From assembly GCA_023245215.1 (NCBI GenBank), contig JAHFKS010000001.1, positions 1 to 62,862 of the forward strand: a stretch of DNA of 62,862 bases. Direction: 5' to 3'. The translations under genes and the position numbers were made by a program. This document shows positions 29,338 to 37,704 of this stretch, piece after piece. Under the pieces are notes generated by a model. That model was not told where the DNA came from, did no database searches, and saw only the letters and a list, made by a program, of their open reading frames with translations. Position 1 is the first letter of the stretch, and the number at the start of each line of letters is the position of its first letter. The DNA comes from Candidatus Microgenomates bacterium (GTDB taxonomy: Bacteria; Patescibacteriota; Microgenomatia; UBA1406; GWC2-37-13).

Positions 29338-29781
29338 ATGACAAATAATAAATTGAAAGGAGACGAGGGAGAAAAAGAAGTCAGGGAGAAAGTTAAATGC
29401 CCAAATTGCGGAAATAGACTCGTTTCACTTCCTTCGGGTTTTCCAATGTTTGATGTTCAATGTTCCCGTTGCATGTTTCGAGCTCAAATAAAAACCGTAA
29501 ATAGTTCACCAAGAAATTCAATTTTTGGCGCCGGTTGGGATATATATGAAAAAGTATTAAAAGCAGGTTATTTATCTCCACCTTTAATATTAAATTTTAA
29601 ATGGAAGACTAAAGATGGTTTATGTCAAGAAATAAGATTTTATCCATTTATAGCAAGAAATAATGTTGAAAAATATAGACTTTCTTCTAAGGCTAAAAGA
29701 GCTAATTACAGAATGTTTAAATACGTTAGACTCGATCAAGCCAAGTACTATACGTTATTAAGTAGTTTTAAGCCTAAATAG
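29338..29781 (+). CDS. DpnI/Dam-replacing-like endonuclease catalytic domain
   Basis: GE..V...CPNCG...FDVQCSRC...QIK then GA; same Zn-finger and PD-(D/E)xK layout as the DpnI N-domain. Confidence 0.62.
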   Translation: MTNNKLKGDEGEKEVREKVKCPNCGNRLVSLPSGFPMFDVQCSRCMFRAQIKTVNSSPRNSIFGAGWDIYEKVLKAGYLSPPLILNFKWKTKDGLCQEIRFYPFIARNNVEKYRLSSKAKRANYRMFKYVRLDQAKYYTLLSSFKPK

Positions 29782-30044
29782 AATATAAAGATATTTTCAC
29801 TGCAGAGGTGTAAAAGCTTCAAATATTTTTTCAGCGTTCTTTCAGAATAGGAAAATATTCTTAGAGTAAATATGAAAAGAAAGATTTTTAAGCTGTTTCG
29901 ACTCATAAAAAGGATTTTCTTCAAAAAAAGAATTAGGATTCCGGCGAGGATTTTTTTTCCCAAAAAGTTTGCCGAACTTTTAATCCCAACTCAATCGCAT
30001 TTTCCTTCACTTGGCATTCATAGGATAAGAGATACACCTTAATG

Positions 30045-30079
30045 CAATAACAAATGATAAATGTTAAATGATAAATCAA
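30045..30079. repeat. Heptamer array, left arm of an inverted repeat
   Basis: CAATAAC AAATGAT AAATGTT AAATGAT AAATCAA. Confidence 0.8.
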
Positions 30080-30089
30080 TAATAAATTT

Positions 30090-30461
30090 TTAAATTTTGC
30101 AATTCCTTGTTATAGCTGAAAAAATGAGTACTAACTCATGGGTTTCTTGCCATAATTTTCTTAGTTCCTCTTTTTTATCTGGCAAGGTATAAGCCAACAT
30201 TCTCAACCAATGAGTAGTCTCTTTTGCTTCTTTTTTACATAGGCTTATTTTATTTTTAAAGTCGCGTTTTGTGTCACAGCCGTTAGCCTCCATATAGTTA
30301 GCTCCGATACTGGTGGCGCTTCTTACAAGTTGTTTTATTAATGGTTCAGTAACAAGGTTAGTTTTTATTTTCATGCAAAACGAAATAACTTCTTGACCAA
30401 GCTTAGCCGTTCTTTCTTCCAAATCAAATTTATCATTTGAATTTTGAATTTGATTTATCAT
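30090..30461 (-). CDS. Four-helix-bundle protein (23S rRNA IVP-like family)
   Basis: DLEERT, KQLVRSATSIGANYMEA, DFKNKISLCKKEAKETTHWL, ELVLIF. Confidence 0.92.
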   Translation of the reverse strand: MINQIQNSNDKFDLEERTAKLGQEVISFCMKIKTNLVTEPLIKQLVRSATSIGANYMEANGCDTKRDFKNKISLCKKEAKETTHWLRMLAYTLPDKKEELRKLWQETHELVLIFSAITRNCKI

Positions 30462-30484
30462 TTGTTATTTAACATTTAACATTT
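30429..30484. repeat. Heptamer array, right arm of the inverted repeat (overlaps the start codon)
   Basis: Minus strand reads AAATGTT AAATGTT AAATAAC AAATGAT AAATCAA ATTCAA AATTCAA. Confidence 0.8.
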
Positions 30485-30569
30485 ATTTAGCTTTTTGTCA
30501 GTCGCATATCTGCTACAAAGATAACCATTTAAGGCGTCAGGAAAAGATATGTGGTAGAATATTAGTTCT

Positions 30570-30815
30570 ATGAAAACACATACTTCGGTGGTTCAGGCTG
30601 TTACGAAAACAACTCCTGGGAAAAGCATAAAGTTATATGACGTGCCTGAACTTTTGGATACGACGTATGATGCCTGCAATATCGAGGTCGGCGAACCTAT
30701 CCAAAGGGCCAGAGTGGGTAACTTGATTCATATCATCGGATTGGCCTGTATTTTGTGCGAAGCGAGTCAGCGTACTCTTGCCGAAGGCGGCTGTCCGATC
30801 TTTCTCAGAAGGTAA
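30570..30815 (+). CDS. Small hypothetical protein with four Cys
   Basis: 81 aa, CxxC, TGGTAGAAT upstream. Confidence 0.55.
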   Translation: MKTHTSVVQAVTKTTPGKSIKLYDVPELLDTTYDACNIEVGEPIQRARVGNLIHIIGLACILCEASQRTLAEGGCPIFLRR

Positions 30816-30858
30816 CGGCTTGACAAATGCTTCTTACGATTATAGACTATTCTCCAAC

Positions 30859-31680
30859 ATGCCTTTTAATCCTGGAGAAATGCTGAGAAAGTTTCGCGGA
30901 GCACTTTCATTAAAAAAAGAAATTCCCACTTTCGGAATAAAAGATATCGAACCGAGAGATGGTATGAACAGACTTCGCATAAGACTTGCTAACACCAATT
31001 TTTATCTTCCGATGGTCCACCTCAATTTTCCCGGAGTCGTAGAAAAAGCCCTCGGCTGGTTTGACCCGAATCCGCTAGTAAATGAAGCGCTTGACAGAGC
31101 GGCTACTGAAACGATGTATCAAATGTTAAAAAAAATGAAACCCAAAGTAGTCGTCATGACTAACTCGACCAAGTCAGAGAATTTTATAAAAGAAGCCTAT
31201 AAAAGATTGCCCCCGGGAACGCGTTTAGTTATCCTGCCGAGCGGCGATAAAAACGCCAAAGTCGCTGAACGTTCTACAGACATGAAGTTAGTCCATTTTG
31301 TTCCTGTCACCGGGACGGAAAAAGACATGGGCTATCCGAAACAAATTGAAGGTGAAAAAGAATATCTAAGTCTAGAGCAGTTGAAAGAACTCTGTCCGGA
31401 CGGAGAAGGGCTTGTCATCGCCGACGACGTCTATACCACCGGAGCGACTATCACGGCAATGGAGCAGGTGTTGGGATTGAATGAAAAAAGCAAACACCAG
31501 ATAGCTGTCATTGCCAACGAAAAAGAATTCAACGGCGAATATGTTCCAAAAAGGACGCCAAAAAATCTTCATGCGGCTTTCATCCTGACAGAATTTGTCG
31601 ACCTCGACAAGCTTGGAATTGACCGGAAGAAACTATTCTTCTACGACAAACCAAATATACCTGCGGCAATAGTGGAGTAA
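30859..31680 (+). CDS. Type I phosphoribosyltransferase (purine PRT-like)
   Basis: PRPP-binding motif LVIADDVYTTGAT; start moved to ATG 30859. Confidence 0.78.
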   Translation: MPFNPGEMLRKFRGALSLKKEIPTFGIKDIEPRDGMNRLRIRLANTNFYLPMVHLNFPGVVEKALGWFDPNPLVNEALDRAATETMYQMLKKMKPKVVVMTNSTKSENFIKEAYKRLPPGTRLVILPSGDKNAKVAERSTDMKLVHFVPVTGTEKDMGYPKQIEGEKEYLSLEQLKELCPDGEGLVIADDVYTTGATITAMEQVLGLNEKSKHQIAVIANEKEFNGEYVPKRTPKNLHAAFILTEFVDLDKLGIDRKKLFFYDKPNIPAAIVE

Positions 31681-31683
31681 TAA

Positions 31684-32781
31684 TTATTGATTTCCCTTCA
31701 TTGAAAAATCAGGAAGCTTTTGTGGAAGTTTTGTGTTAAACCGGCGGGCAAATTCTAATATGTGATCCCGGTGAAACGGACCCTCTTTGAGTGCAGCGGC
31801 AAAGACGGCGTCGTGGTCAATCAGCAAACTTTGCTCTCCTCCAACCAAATCAGTGCCAAGACCGAAGGCAACATAATTAAATTCCTTTTCCTCTTTAAAC
31901 CTCTGTCTCATAGTTGCCAGCTCGGAAGTGATGCCCATATCAAATAACATTGAAAGCTTGTCGATTCCGCCTTCACCATAAACTTTATTAACTAAATGCT
32001 GCAGGTTTCCTGTTTTTACCCGGTCAAAGCCGGCATCAAGCAGGGCGACTTCGTAAAAGCTCTGGTATTCGCTGGTGCCGGGAGTGCCGATTGCAATAGC
32101 AGGAAAGACGCGGTCATAACCAACTTCTTTGGCATAATCAAGAAAAGCTTTGGCAACTTCCGGGTTGCTCGAACGTCCGGCTTTTGCCTGAAAATGGTTT
32201 CCTTCCTTATCATCAAGATGCGACCTTGGGCCGTGGCCGGGATGGATGATATTTGTCAGCTCGGTATCGTCTAAGATAAGCCCTAAGTCTCCTGATTTCA
32301 AAGGGTGGTCCTCGCGGACGCCTGTCACATAAGTCAAAACAATTAAAGGATCGACTCCGTCCTTGGTTCTTTGTCTTCTGACCAGTTCTTTAATGACGTT
32401 GAGTTGATGGGATACGATCATCGGCCCCATTTCAACTCCAGCCCATTCATTTGGGTGGGCGCGGCCGTTAAAAAAAAGCATTCCATCGTTGTATGAAACA
32501 GTGCCTTCGTGGCCTTTGATTTCCGGCGGGACAAAACCGTAAAAATTCCCTTTACCGTAGTCGCCGATCTTTTCAGTTTCATCGGGAGGAGTCAAGCCCA
32601 TCGTGCAAAGATTGTATAAAAGAGGGAGGGACATATTCCTTTTAAGAAAGTATTTTTCAATGGCATCGGCATCCCTTATTATTGAAGCGGTTTCTTTTTT
32701 TTGCTGATTCATCCTTTCGCGGACTTTGTAATGGATGTCGTCCCTGTCGAATCGTCTTCTTAGCGCGTCATATACACTCAT
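31684..32781 (-). CDS. Divergent purine nucleoside phosphorylase/MTAP-family protein
   Basis: GHEG, NGRAHPNE, GDLGLILDD, EYQSFYE, DMGITSE, GLGTD occur in the order of trimeric PNP motifs. Confidence 0.65.
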   Translation of the reverse strand: MSVYDALRRRFDRDDIHYKVRERMNQQKKETASIIRDADAIEKYFLKRNMSLPLLYNLCTMGLTPPDETEKIGDYGKGNFYGFVPPEIKGHEGTVSYNDGMLFFNGRAHPNEWAGVEMGPMIVSHQLNVIKELVRRQRTKDGVDPLIVLTYVTGVREDHPLKSGDLGLILDDTELTNIIHPGHGPRSHLDDKEGNHFQAKAGRSSNPEVAKAFLDYAKEVGYDRVFPAIAIGTPGTSEYQSFYEVALLDAGFDRVKTGNLQHLVNKVYGEGGIDKLSMLFDMGITSELATMRQRFKEEKEFNYVAFGLGTDLVGGEQSLLIDHDAVFAAALKEGPFHRDHILEFARRFNTKLPQKLPDFSMKGNQ

Positions 32782-32868
32782 AAGAATTTTAATAATAGTA
32801 TAGGCAATTAAATCGTTAAATCAAGCGGATTGAAATTTTGGGAAGAAAATTATAGAATAGGCTGTCTT

Positions 32869-33924
32869 ATGGCTGAAATCAAAAAAAGAACTAGACGGCC
32901 AGAAACAATCAGGATTCCGGAAGGAAGAAGTCCGGGATACAACAGATGGATTGAAAACGGGGCGAAACTCCTAAAAAAAGAACTTCCTTTTGAAGGGCCG
33001 GCAGATGTTTCAATTACAGTCGGATCAGGGCTCTCTTCAATCGTTGACTTCATGCAGCTGCAAAACGTCCGCCACATACCCTATGAAAATATCGGCCTGC
33101 CTATTGGTGTTAATCAGCGGCATAAAAAAGAAATCATTGCCGGTATAACACCCGAAGGAAAAAAAATAATTATCGTCAACGGCCGTACTCATGCTTATGA
33201 AATTCCGGAAAACGGAATTAAAACAAAAAGATGGGGACAGCTGGACAGAATGGAGCTGGCAACAGGGTACATCGCCATGCTTAATGAAATCGGCGTGGAA
33301 AACATGATACTGACCTGCGCCGCCGGCGGCATCAATCACCCGATGAATGACGGCGAAGAAAAACCATTTAAACAAGAAAACCTTCCTGTTATCAGCATGA
33401 TCGGAGCGGATTTAAACAGAGCTTATCCTAATCCGAATTTGGGCCACTATAAATCGAGGCGGGGAGATTTTTTCGGATTAAAAGACGCTGATAAAATCTT
33501 AATGTCGATGTTCGGACAGAGCATGGCTGATACAGGAGAAACAGGAGAGATCCCAAGCGTCTATTACATCACTAGTAAATCAACTCCCAACTTTGAAGAT
33601 AAAGGAGTAATTTATGACGCGGCTTTCAGCGGCGGCCAGGTAGTCGGAATGTCTTTTTCATATGAAAAAGAGTTTATCAGCGGCATGGATAATATCGGTA
33701 GGTTTATGGGAATCGCCGTTGTCACCAATCCCGTCGAACTGGTTTATGCAAATCCGTCTCCATTTAGGACAATGCCTTCTATCTCCATTAATGAAATAAG
33801 GCAGCACCGGGCCCAGGAATTTGAGCTGGCTTTCCACGCCACCGACGAGGAAGTCGGGAGGATAGGCAGGCTGGCAGTGGAAAGATTGGGAAAAGGCTTG
33901 ACACAGATGGTCAAATCCTTATAA
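32869..33924 (+). CDS. Purine nucleoside phosphorylase family protein
   Basis: TVGSGL, NGRTHAYE, LTCAAGGIN, PNFE, VVGMS..YE, VVTN; start moved to ATG 32869. Confidence 0.8.
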   Translation: MAEIKKRTRRPETIRIPEGRSPGYNRWIENGAKLLKKELPFEGPADVSITVGSGLSSIVDFMQLQNVRHIPYENIGLPIGVNQRHKKEIIAGITPEGKKIIIVNGRTHAYEIPENGIKTKRWGQLDRMELATGYIAMLNEIGVENMILTCAAGGINHPMNDGEEKPFKQENLPVISMIGADLNRAYPNPNLGHYKSRRGDFFGLKDADKILMSMFGQSMADTGETGEIPSVYYITSKSTPNFEDKGVIYDAAFSGGQVVGMSFSYEKEFISGMDNIGRFMGIAVVTNPVELVYANPSPFRTMPSISINEIRQHRAQEFELAFHATDEEVGRIGRLAVERLGKGLTQMVKSL

Positions 33925-33948
33925 CCCTTATAGTATAATAAGTCTTTA

Positions 33949-34227
33949 ATGGAAAGAAGAAGGATAAGGCATTCGGGATACAAGGGGCGGATGCAGGATA
34001 AAAGCGTGAAAAGATTTGGAATTAATACCCCGATTTCCTCCAACGGCCTTGGCCGCTGCATAACTTCGGATATTTTATTCGGTAAAACTCAAGAAGACGG
34101 TAGATCTAGCAAAGAAAAGTTCATGGCCATAAATACAGTGACAGTTTTTAGTTATTACTTGGGAAGGAATTGCGTTTTGAAAGAAGGGGATTTTTTTTAT
34201 CTCGATCAAGGAAACAATGTTAAATAA
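33949..34227 (+). CDS. Hypothetical protein
   Basis: 92 aa, TATAAT upstream. Confidence 0.45.
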   Translation: MERRRIRHSGYKGRMQDKSVKRFGINTPISSNGLGRCITSDILFGKTQEDGRSSKEKFMAINTVTVFSYYLGRNCVLKEGDFFYLDQGNNVK

Positions 34228-34259
34228 AATAATCTTCCTTTTTACTATATAATATTTAT

Positions 34260-34499
34260 ATGGTAGGTGCTGTTGAAAAAGTAGTGCCTAAAGTAGTTGC
34301 TCCAACAAAGCCAAATAAATTGGCGCCCTTAAGCGCCCCTCTAACAAAAGAAATAATAAGGCAAATGAAGGATGACGGTGCGACTTTTTTTGACTGGAAG
34401 GAATTTTCTGCATTTGCCGCGAACAGACCACCGAGCACTCCGATGACAGAACTTCTTAAAGAATTCAAAGCCCAGCTGGAAAAGCAAAAGGGTCAATAA
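34260..34499 (+). CDS. Hypothetical protein
   Basis: 79 aa, TATAAT just upstream. Confidence 0.55.
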   Translation: MVGAVEKVVPKVVAPTKPNKLAPLSAPLTKEIIRQMKDDGATFFDWKEFSAFAANRPPSTPMTELLKEFKAQLEKQKGQ

Positions 34500-34546
34500 A
34501 ATCTTCTTCAAAAAATCAATATAGCCTGATATAATAGGCTAATTCT

Positions 34547-35287
34547 ATGTCTAAAGATTCTGCAGAAAGTTTCAGGCTGAAAATCGCCGAGTATGCCTTT
34601 CGAAAACGGGCGGAAGACCTTGGTTTGCTATCAATCGCCCTGCAAGTTATGGCTTCAAATTTACAAGAAGACGAACTAAAACAGGGAGTCAAAGTTTACC
34701 GCCAGTTTGCCAATGAATACGACATGTCTGTCATGGAGATGAATGTTTTGGAACACACGTTTGCCTGTCTGGACATAACCGAAAGGGGTGATTTTATGTT
34801 AAATCCGGAATCATTCATTCCAAATTACCAGGTGTTAAGGCAGTTTGGAAAGGTTATGGAAAGATATACGGAAGATGAATTGATAGCAATGAACGAAGAA
34901 ATAAGTTACTCCGAAGAAGAATATAAAATGGTTATGCGTAGAGCAGATACCGAAGACAAATATTCTCCTAATGAGCTTTTGGTCATCGGCGTGTTGCCGG
35001 AAAGGGCGAGGAGTATAAAAAAAGTTTTAACCTCAATTTTAGGTTCGGCAGCAAGTAGGTCGACGACCGGAGTCTCAACTCCAAAAATGAAAACCGTTTA
35101 TTTTAAAGGCGAATTTAGAATTGCTTTGGACGGAGCCGTAGAGGAAACAATAATGAATCCAGGAATGCCGGAAGTATTTATAAATAAGTTCAAAATCCCA
35201 GGTACACAGGAAATGCTGACACGATCTTACCTGATGGCCCAAGCGTCTCTCCCAAAAAAGCGCACCCGCGGACTGTTAAAAAAATAA
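34547..35287 (+). CDS. Hypothetical protein
   Basis: 246 aa, TGATATAAT upstream. Confidence 0.7.
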   Translation: MSKDSAESFRLKIAEYAFRKRAEDLGLLSIALQVMASNLQEDELKQGVKVYRQFANEYDMSVMEMNVLEHTFACLDITERGDFMLNPESFIPNYQVLRQFGKVMERYTEDELIAMNEEISYSEEEYKMVMRRADTEDKYSPNELLVIGVLPERARSIKKVLTSILGSAASRSTTGVSTPKMKTVYFKGEFRIALDGAVEETIMNPGMPEVFINKFKIPGTQEMLTRSYLMAQASLPKKRTRGLLKK

Positions 35288-35312
35288 TAAACCCTGAATT
35301 TCTTTAAATGAT

Positions 35313-36278
35313 ATGTCTATAGAAATAACTGAAGTCGGACATAGGGATAGCCGTTTAAGAAAAGTCCAAAACAAGGTTGCTTTTATGGTCCCAGCACTTA
35401 TAAGTGCTTTTGATTATCTCGGTGCTTTTCCCAATACAAAAATTCATACTGCTGTGAGAAGCAAATCAGAAAGACTAAAAGCCGATGATGTTACTTTATC
35501 GCAACTTCAGATGACTGTTCATATATGTAAAATGATTGAGGAAAATAAGTTCTTTCCTAATTTTGGATTTGAATATGTACTTACAAGTTTTTTAAATGGC
35601 GCTGATGGAATAATTGCCCGTCGTCTGAATTCGGTAACTAAAGAGGGTGGAATTAAAGATGCCTCTGTAGATCGGCTAAGTGAAGTTATGATTGCCAGAC
35701 TTTTATCAAAAAAGTTAAATTTGCCTGAAGAAACAAGTCATCGATTGGAGGTTGCTTTCCAACTTTCAACTTTAACCAAGGCCGCTTGTGAAATGAGCGA
35801 TGTCAAAACGAGCGAGGGAGGTATCGGTAGTATGATTCAAAGAAGAATCGCCCTTTATTTTATTTTGCGCGATTTAATTACTCTTAATGCAATCCCGAAA
35901 TCTATGAAGCAATTAAGAGAAAATAAAGTTATCAAAATAAATCAACAGATAAATAAATTAATAGAAGACAGTTTTAACAGGGCAAAAGAAAGAATAAATC
36001 TTATTGCAGAAAATGTATCAGAAGTTAAAGCTCCAAAAAATAAGAATTCCTCAGGAGCCAGCGAAGCTATTAAGTATGCGGGTGTTGTATTAATAAATAA
36101 TCTTATTGGTTTAGATATAGTTACTGAACTAAATAATTTAGCCGAAGGGTCGGTTGTCTTTCCTACAGTACCAAACCTTATGATAAATCAGAGATACATT
36201 TTTGAATCATTAACAAATGCTAAAGGGTATATAGATGATGCGTTGGCAATATCTGGTTTGGCTAAAAAAAAGATTTGA
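35313..36278 (+). CDS. CDP-alcohol phosphotransferase-like protein
   Basis: NGADGIIARRLNSVTKEGGIKDASVDR matches DxxDGxxAR...GxxxDxxxD except that the first D is N. Confidence 0.68.
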   Translation: MSIEITEVGHRDSRLRKVQNKVAFMVPALISAFDYLGAFPNTKIHTAVRSKSERLKADDVTLSQLQMTVHICKMIEENKFFPNFGFEYVLTSFLNGADGIIARRLNSVTKEGGIKDASVDRLSEVMIARLLSKKLNLPEETSHRLEVAFQLSTLTKAACEMSDVKTSEGGIGSMIQRRIALYFILRDLITLNAIPKSMKQLRENKVIKINQQINKLIEDSFNRAKERINLIAENVSEVKAPKNKNSSGASEAIKYAGVVLINNLIGLDIVTELNNLAEGSVVFPTVPNLMINQRYIFESLTNAKGYIDDALAISGLAKKKI

Positions 36279-36280
36279 AA

Positions 36281-37657
36281 TCAGTCTGCGGTTCCTACGA
36301 GATAGACTGCCTGCCAGGGGCGGTAGGAAGAATAGAATTTTTGGTCGAGAACCTGTTTTTGGTCTTTAAAAACTTTGTATTCAAAAGAGGCTTTTCCTCC
36401 CCAGGCGGGAAAGTCGATTTGTTTGACAACACCTTTTTTCAGAGTCGCGTCTTCCTGGTATTTCGGGTCGGGCGGAGGAGCAACATCCCAGAGAATGGCG
36501 GGTGATATTTCCACTTTCCTATTGTCTTTTTTTCCGTAAAGCCGGAAATAAAGAAGGTTGTTTTCTTCGTCGGCTTCGGTCTGGATGAGGATGTAGGCCG
36601 GTGTATCGTTTTTGATCTTCAAATCAACTGTCGGTCCAAAAACCGTCGCGTCAAAACCCGGCTTCATATCGTTTTCATAATAAAGGACGCGGTAAGCGTG
36701 TGCAGTCCGCTCCACGATAGGCAGCCCGGCGTTGAGGGCGGCCCGGAACAAAGTCGTCGATACCTGGCAGACGCCGCCGCCGTCACCCAAGACGGTTTTT
36801 CCCTCCTTGATGATGTAGGCCGGCTGGTATCCGGTCAATGATGAAATATCGCCGACGGTTTCGTTGAAAGACAGAGTTTTTCCCGGGGGTATCAAAACGC
36901 CGTTGAACTTTGACGCTGCCAAAAGAACGTTATGGATCCTGGTCAAAATAGAATGCGAATAGTTGCTCCTGCCTTCGGCAATCAACTCCTCAATTCCGTA
37001 GTTGTTTATCGAAGCCAAGGTGATTTCCGGCAGGAGGATGACGGGGTTGACAGTAATGATTTTATCTCCGTTTTTTTTCTTGAGCGACTGGACGCTGTTG
37101 TCAAAATCAGACATGATGGATTCAGTGACTATCTCCCGGCCTTTTTCCTCTTTGTGAAAGCTGGCCACCCGGCCGTTTTCAAACTTAAATAAAGCATTTT
37201 TGGCGGGTTTGTCATATTCGTCTTTCAAACTGTCCAACCGCTCCTTGACAGGGCTGTCGTTGTAGATGATATTGCTGATAAAATCGAACCGCGAAAGGTT
37301 AAGGAGGGAGCCGGCGACCTGATATATCCTCGACAAAAAAAATGAAGACCGGCCGATTAAATATGCCCGTTCAGCTGAAGTCTCGCCGTCGTACTTCAGG
37401 GCAAGCTGGGAAGCGGAAAAAGTCGCAACCGGCTGGCTGTCCAAAACAACTGTAAAATTATTTTTCTGAACGGCGAGGGACTTTTTTTTAAAATAATCAA
37501 CAATGTCCTGTTTGGTTTTCCCGGAAAAGTTCACCTGGTCGATATAGACGTGGGGATAGATTTTTCCCGAATAACTTCTGTTCAAATTATAGAGCTGGCC
37601 GAACTTAATCAGCACCAAACCGGCCAAGATACCGAAAACAAATATTCTTGCTTTCAT
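36281..37657 (-). CDS. VanW-family protein with peptidoglycan-binding domain
   Basis: RIHNV, SFNETVG, GGGVCQVSTTLFRAAL, DATV, DLKIKNDT. Confidence 0.9.
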   Translation of the reverse strand: MKARIFVFGILAGLVLIKFGQLYNLNRSYSGKIYPHVYIDQVNFSGKTKQDIVDYFKKKSLAVQKNNFTVVLDSQPVATFSASQLALKYDGETSAERAYLIGRSSFFLSRIYQVAGSLLNLSRFDFISNIIYNDSPVKERLDSLKDEYDKPAKNALFKFENGRVASFHKEEKGREIVTESIMSDFDNSVQSLKKKNGDKIITVNPVILLPEITLASINNYGIEELIAEGRSNYSHSILTRIHNVLLAASKFNGVLIPPGKTLSFNETVGDISSLTGYQPAYIIKEGKTVLGDGGGVCQVSTTLFRAALNAGLPIVERTAHAYRVLYYENDMKPGFDATVFGPTVDLKIKNDTPAYILIQTEADEENNLLYFRLYGKKDNRKVEISPAILWDVAPPPDPKYQEDATLKKGVVKQIDFPAWGGKASFEYKVFKDQKQVLDQKFYSSYRPWQAVYLVGTAD

Positions 37658-37704
37658 TTTTTGCTATGATTAATATTAGGTCCTGTTTTGGGACGATGAC
37701 TCTT

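Noticed and set aside
30090-30461. Diversity-generating retroelement (Avd-like gene)
   Set aside because: No reverse transcriptase and no template/variable repeat pair in the window
24285-36280. Integron cassette array
   Set aside because: No attC-like repeated palindromes and no integrase; the shared junction motifs are explained as promoters
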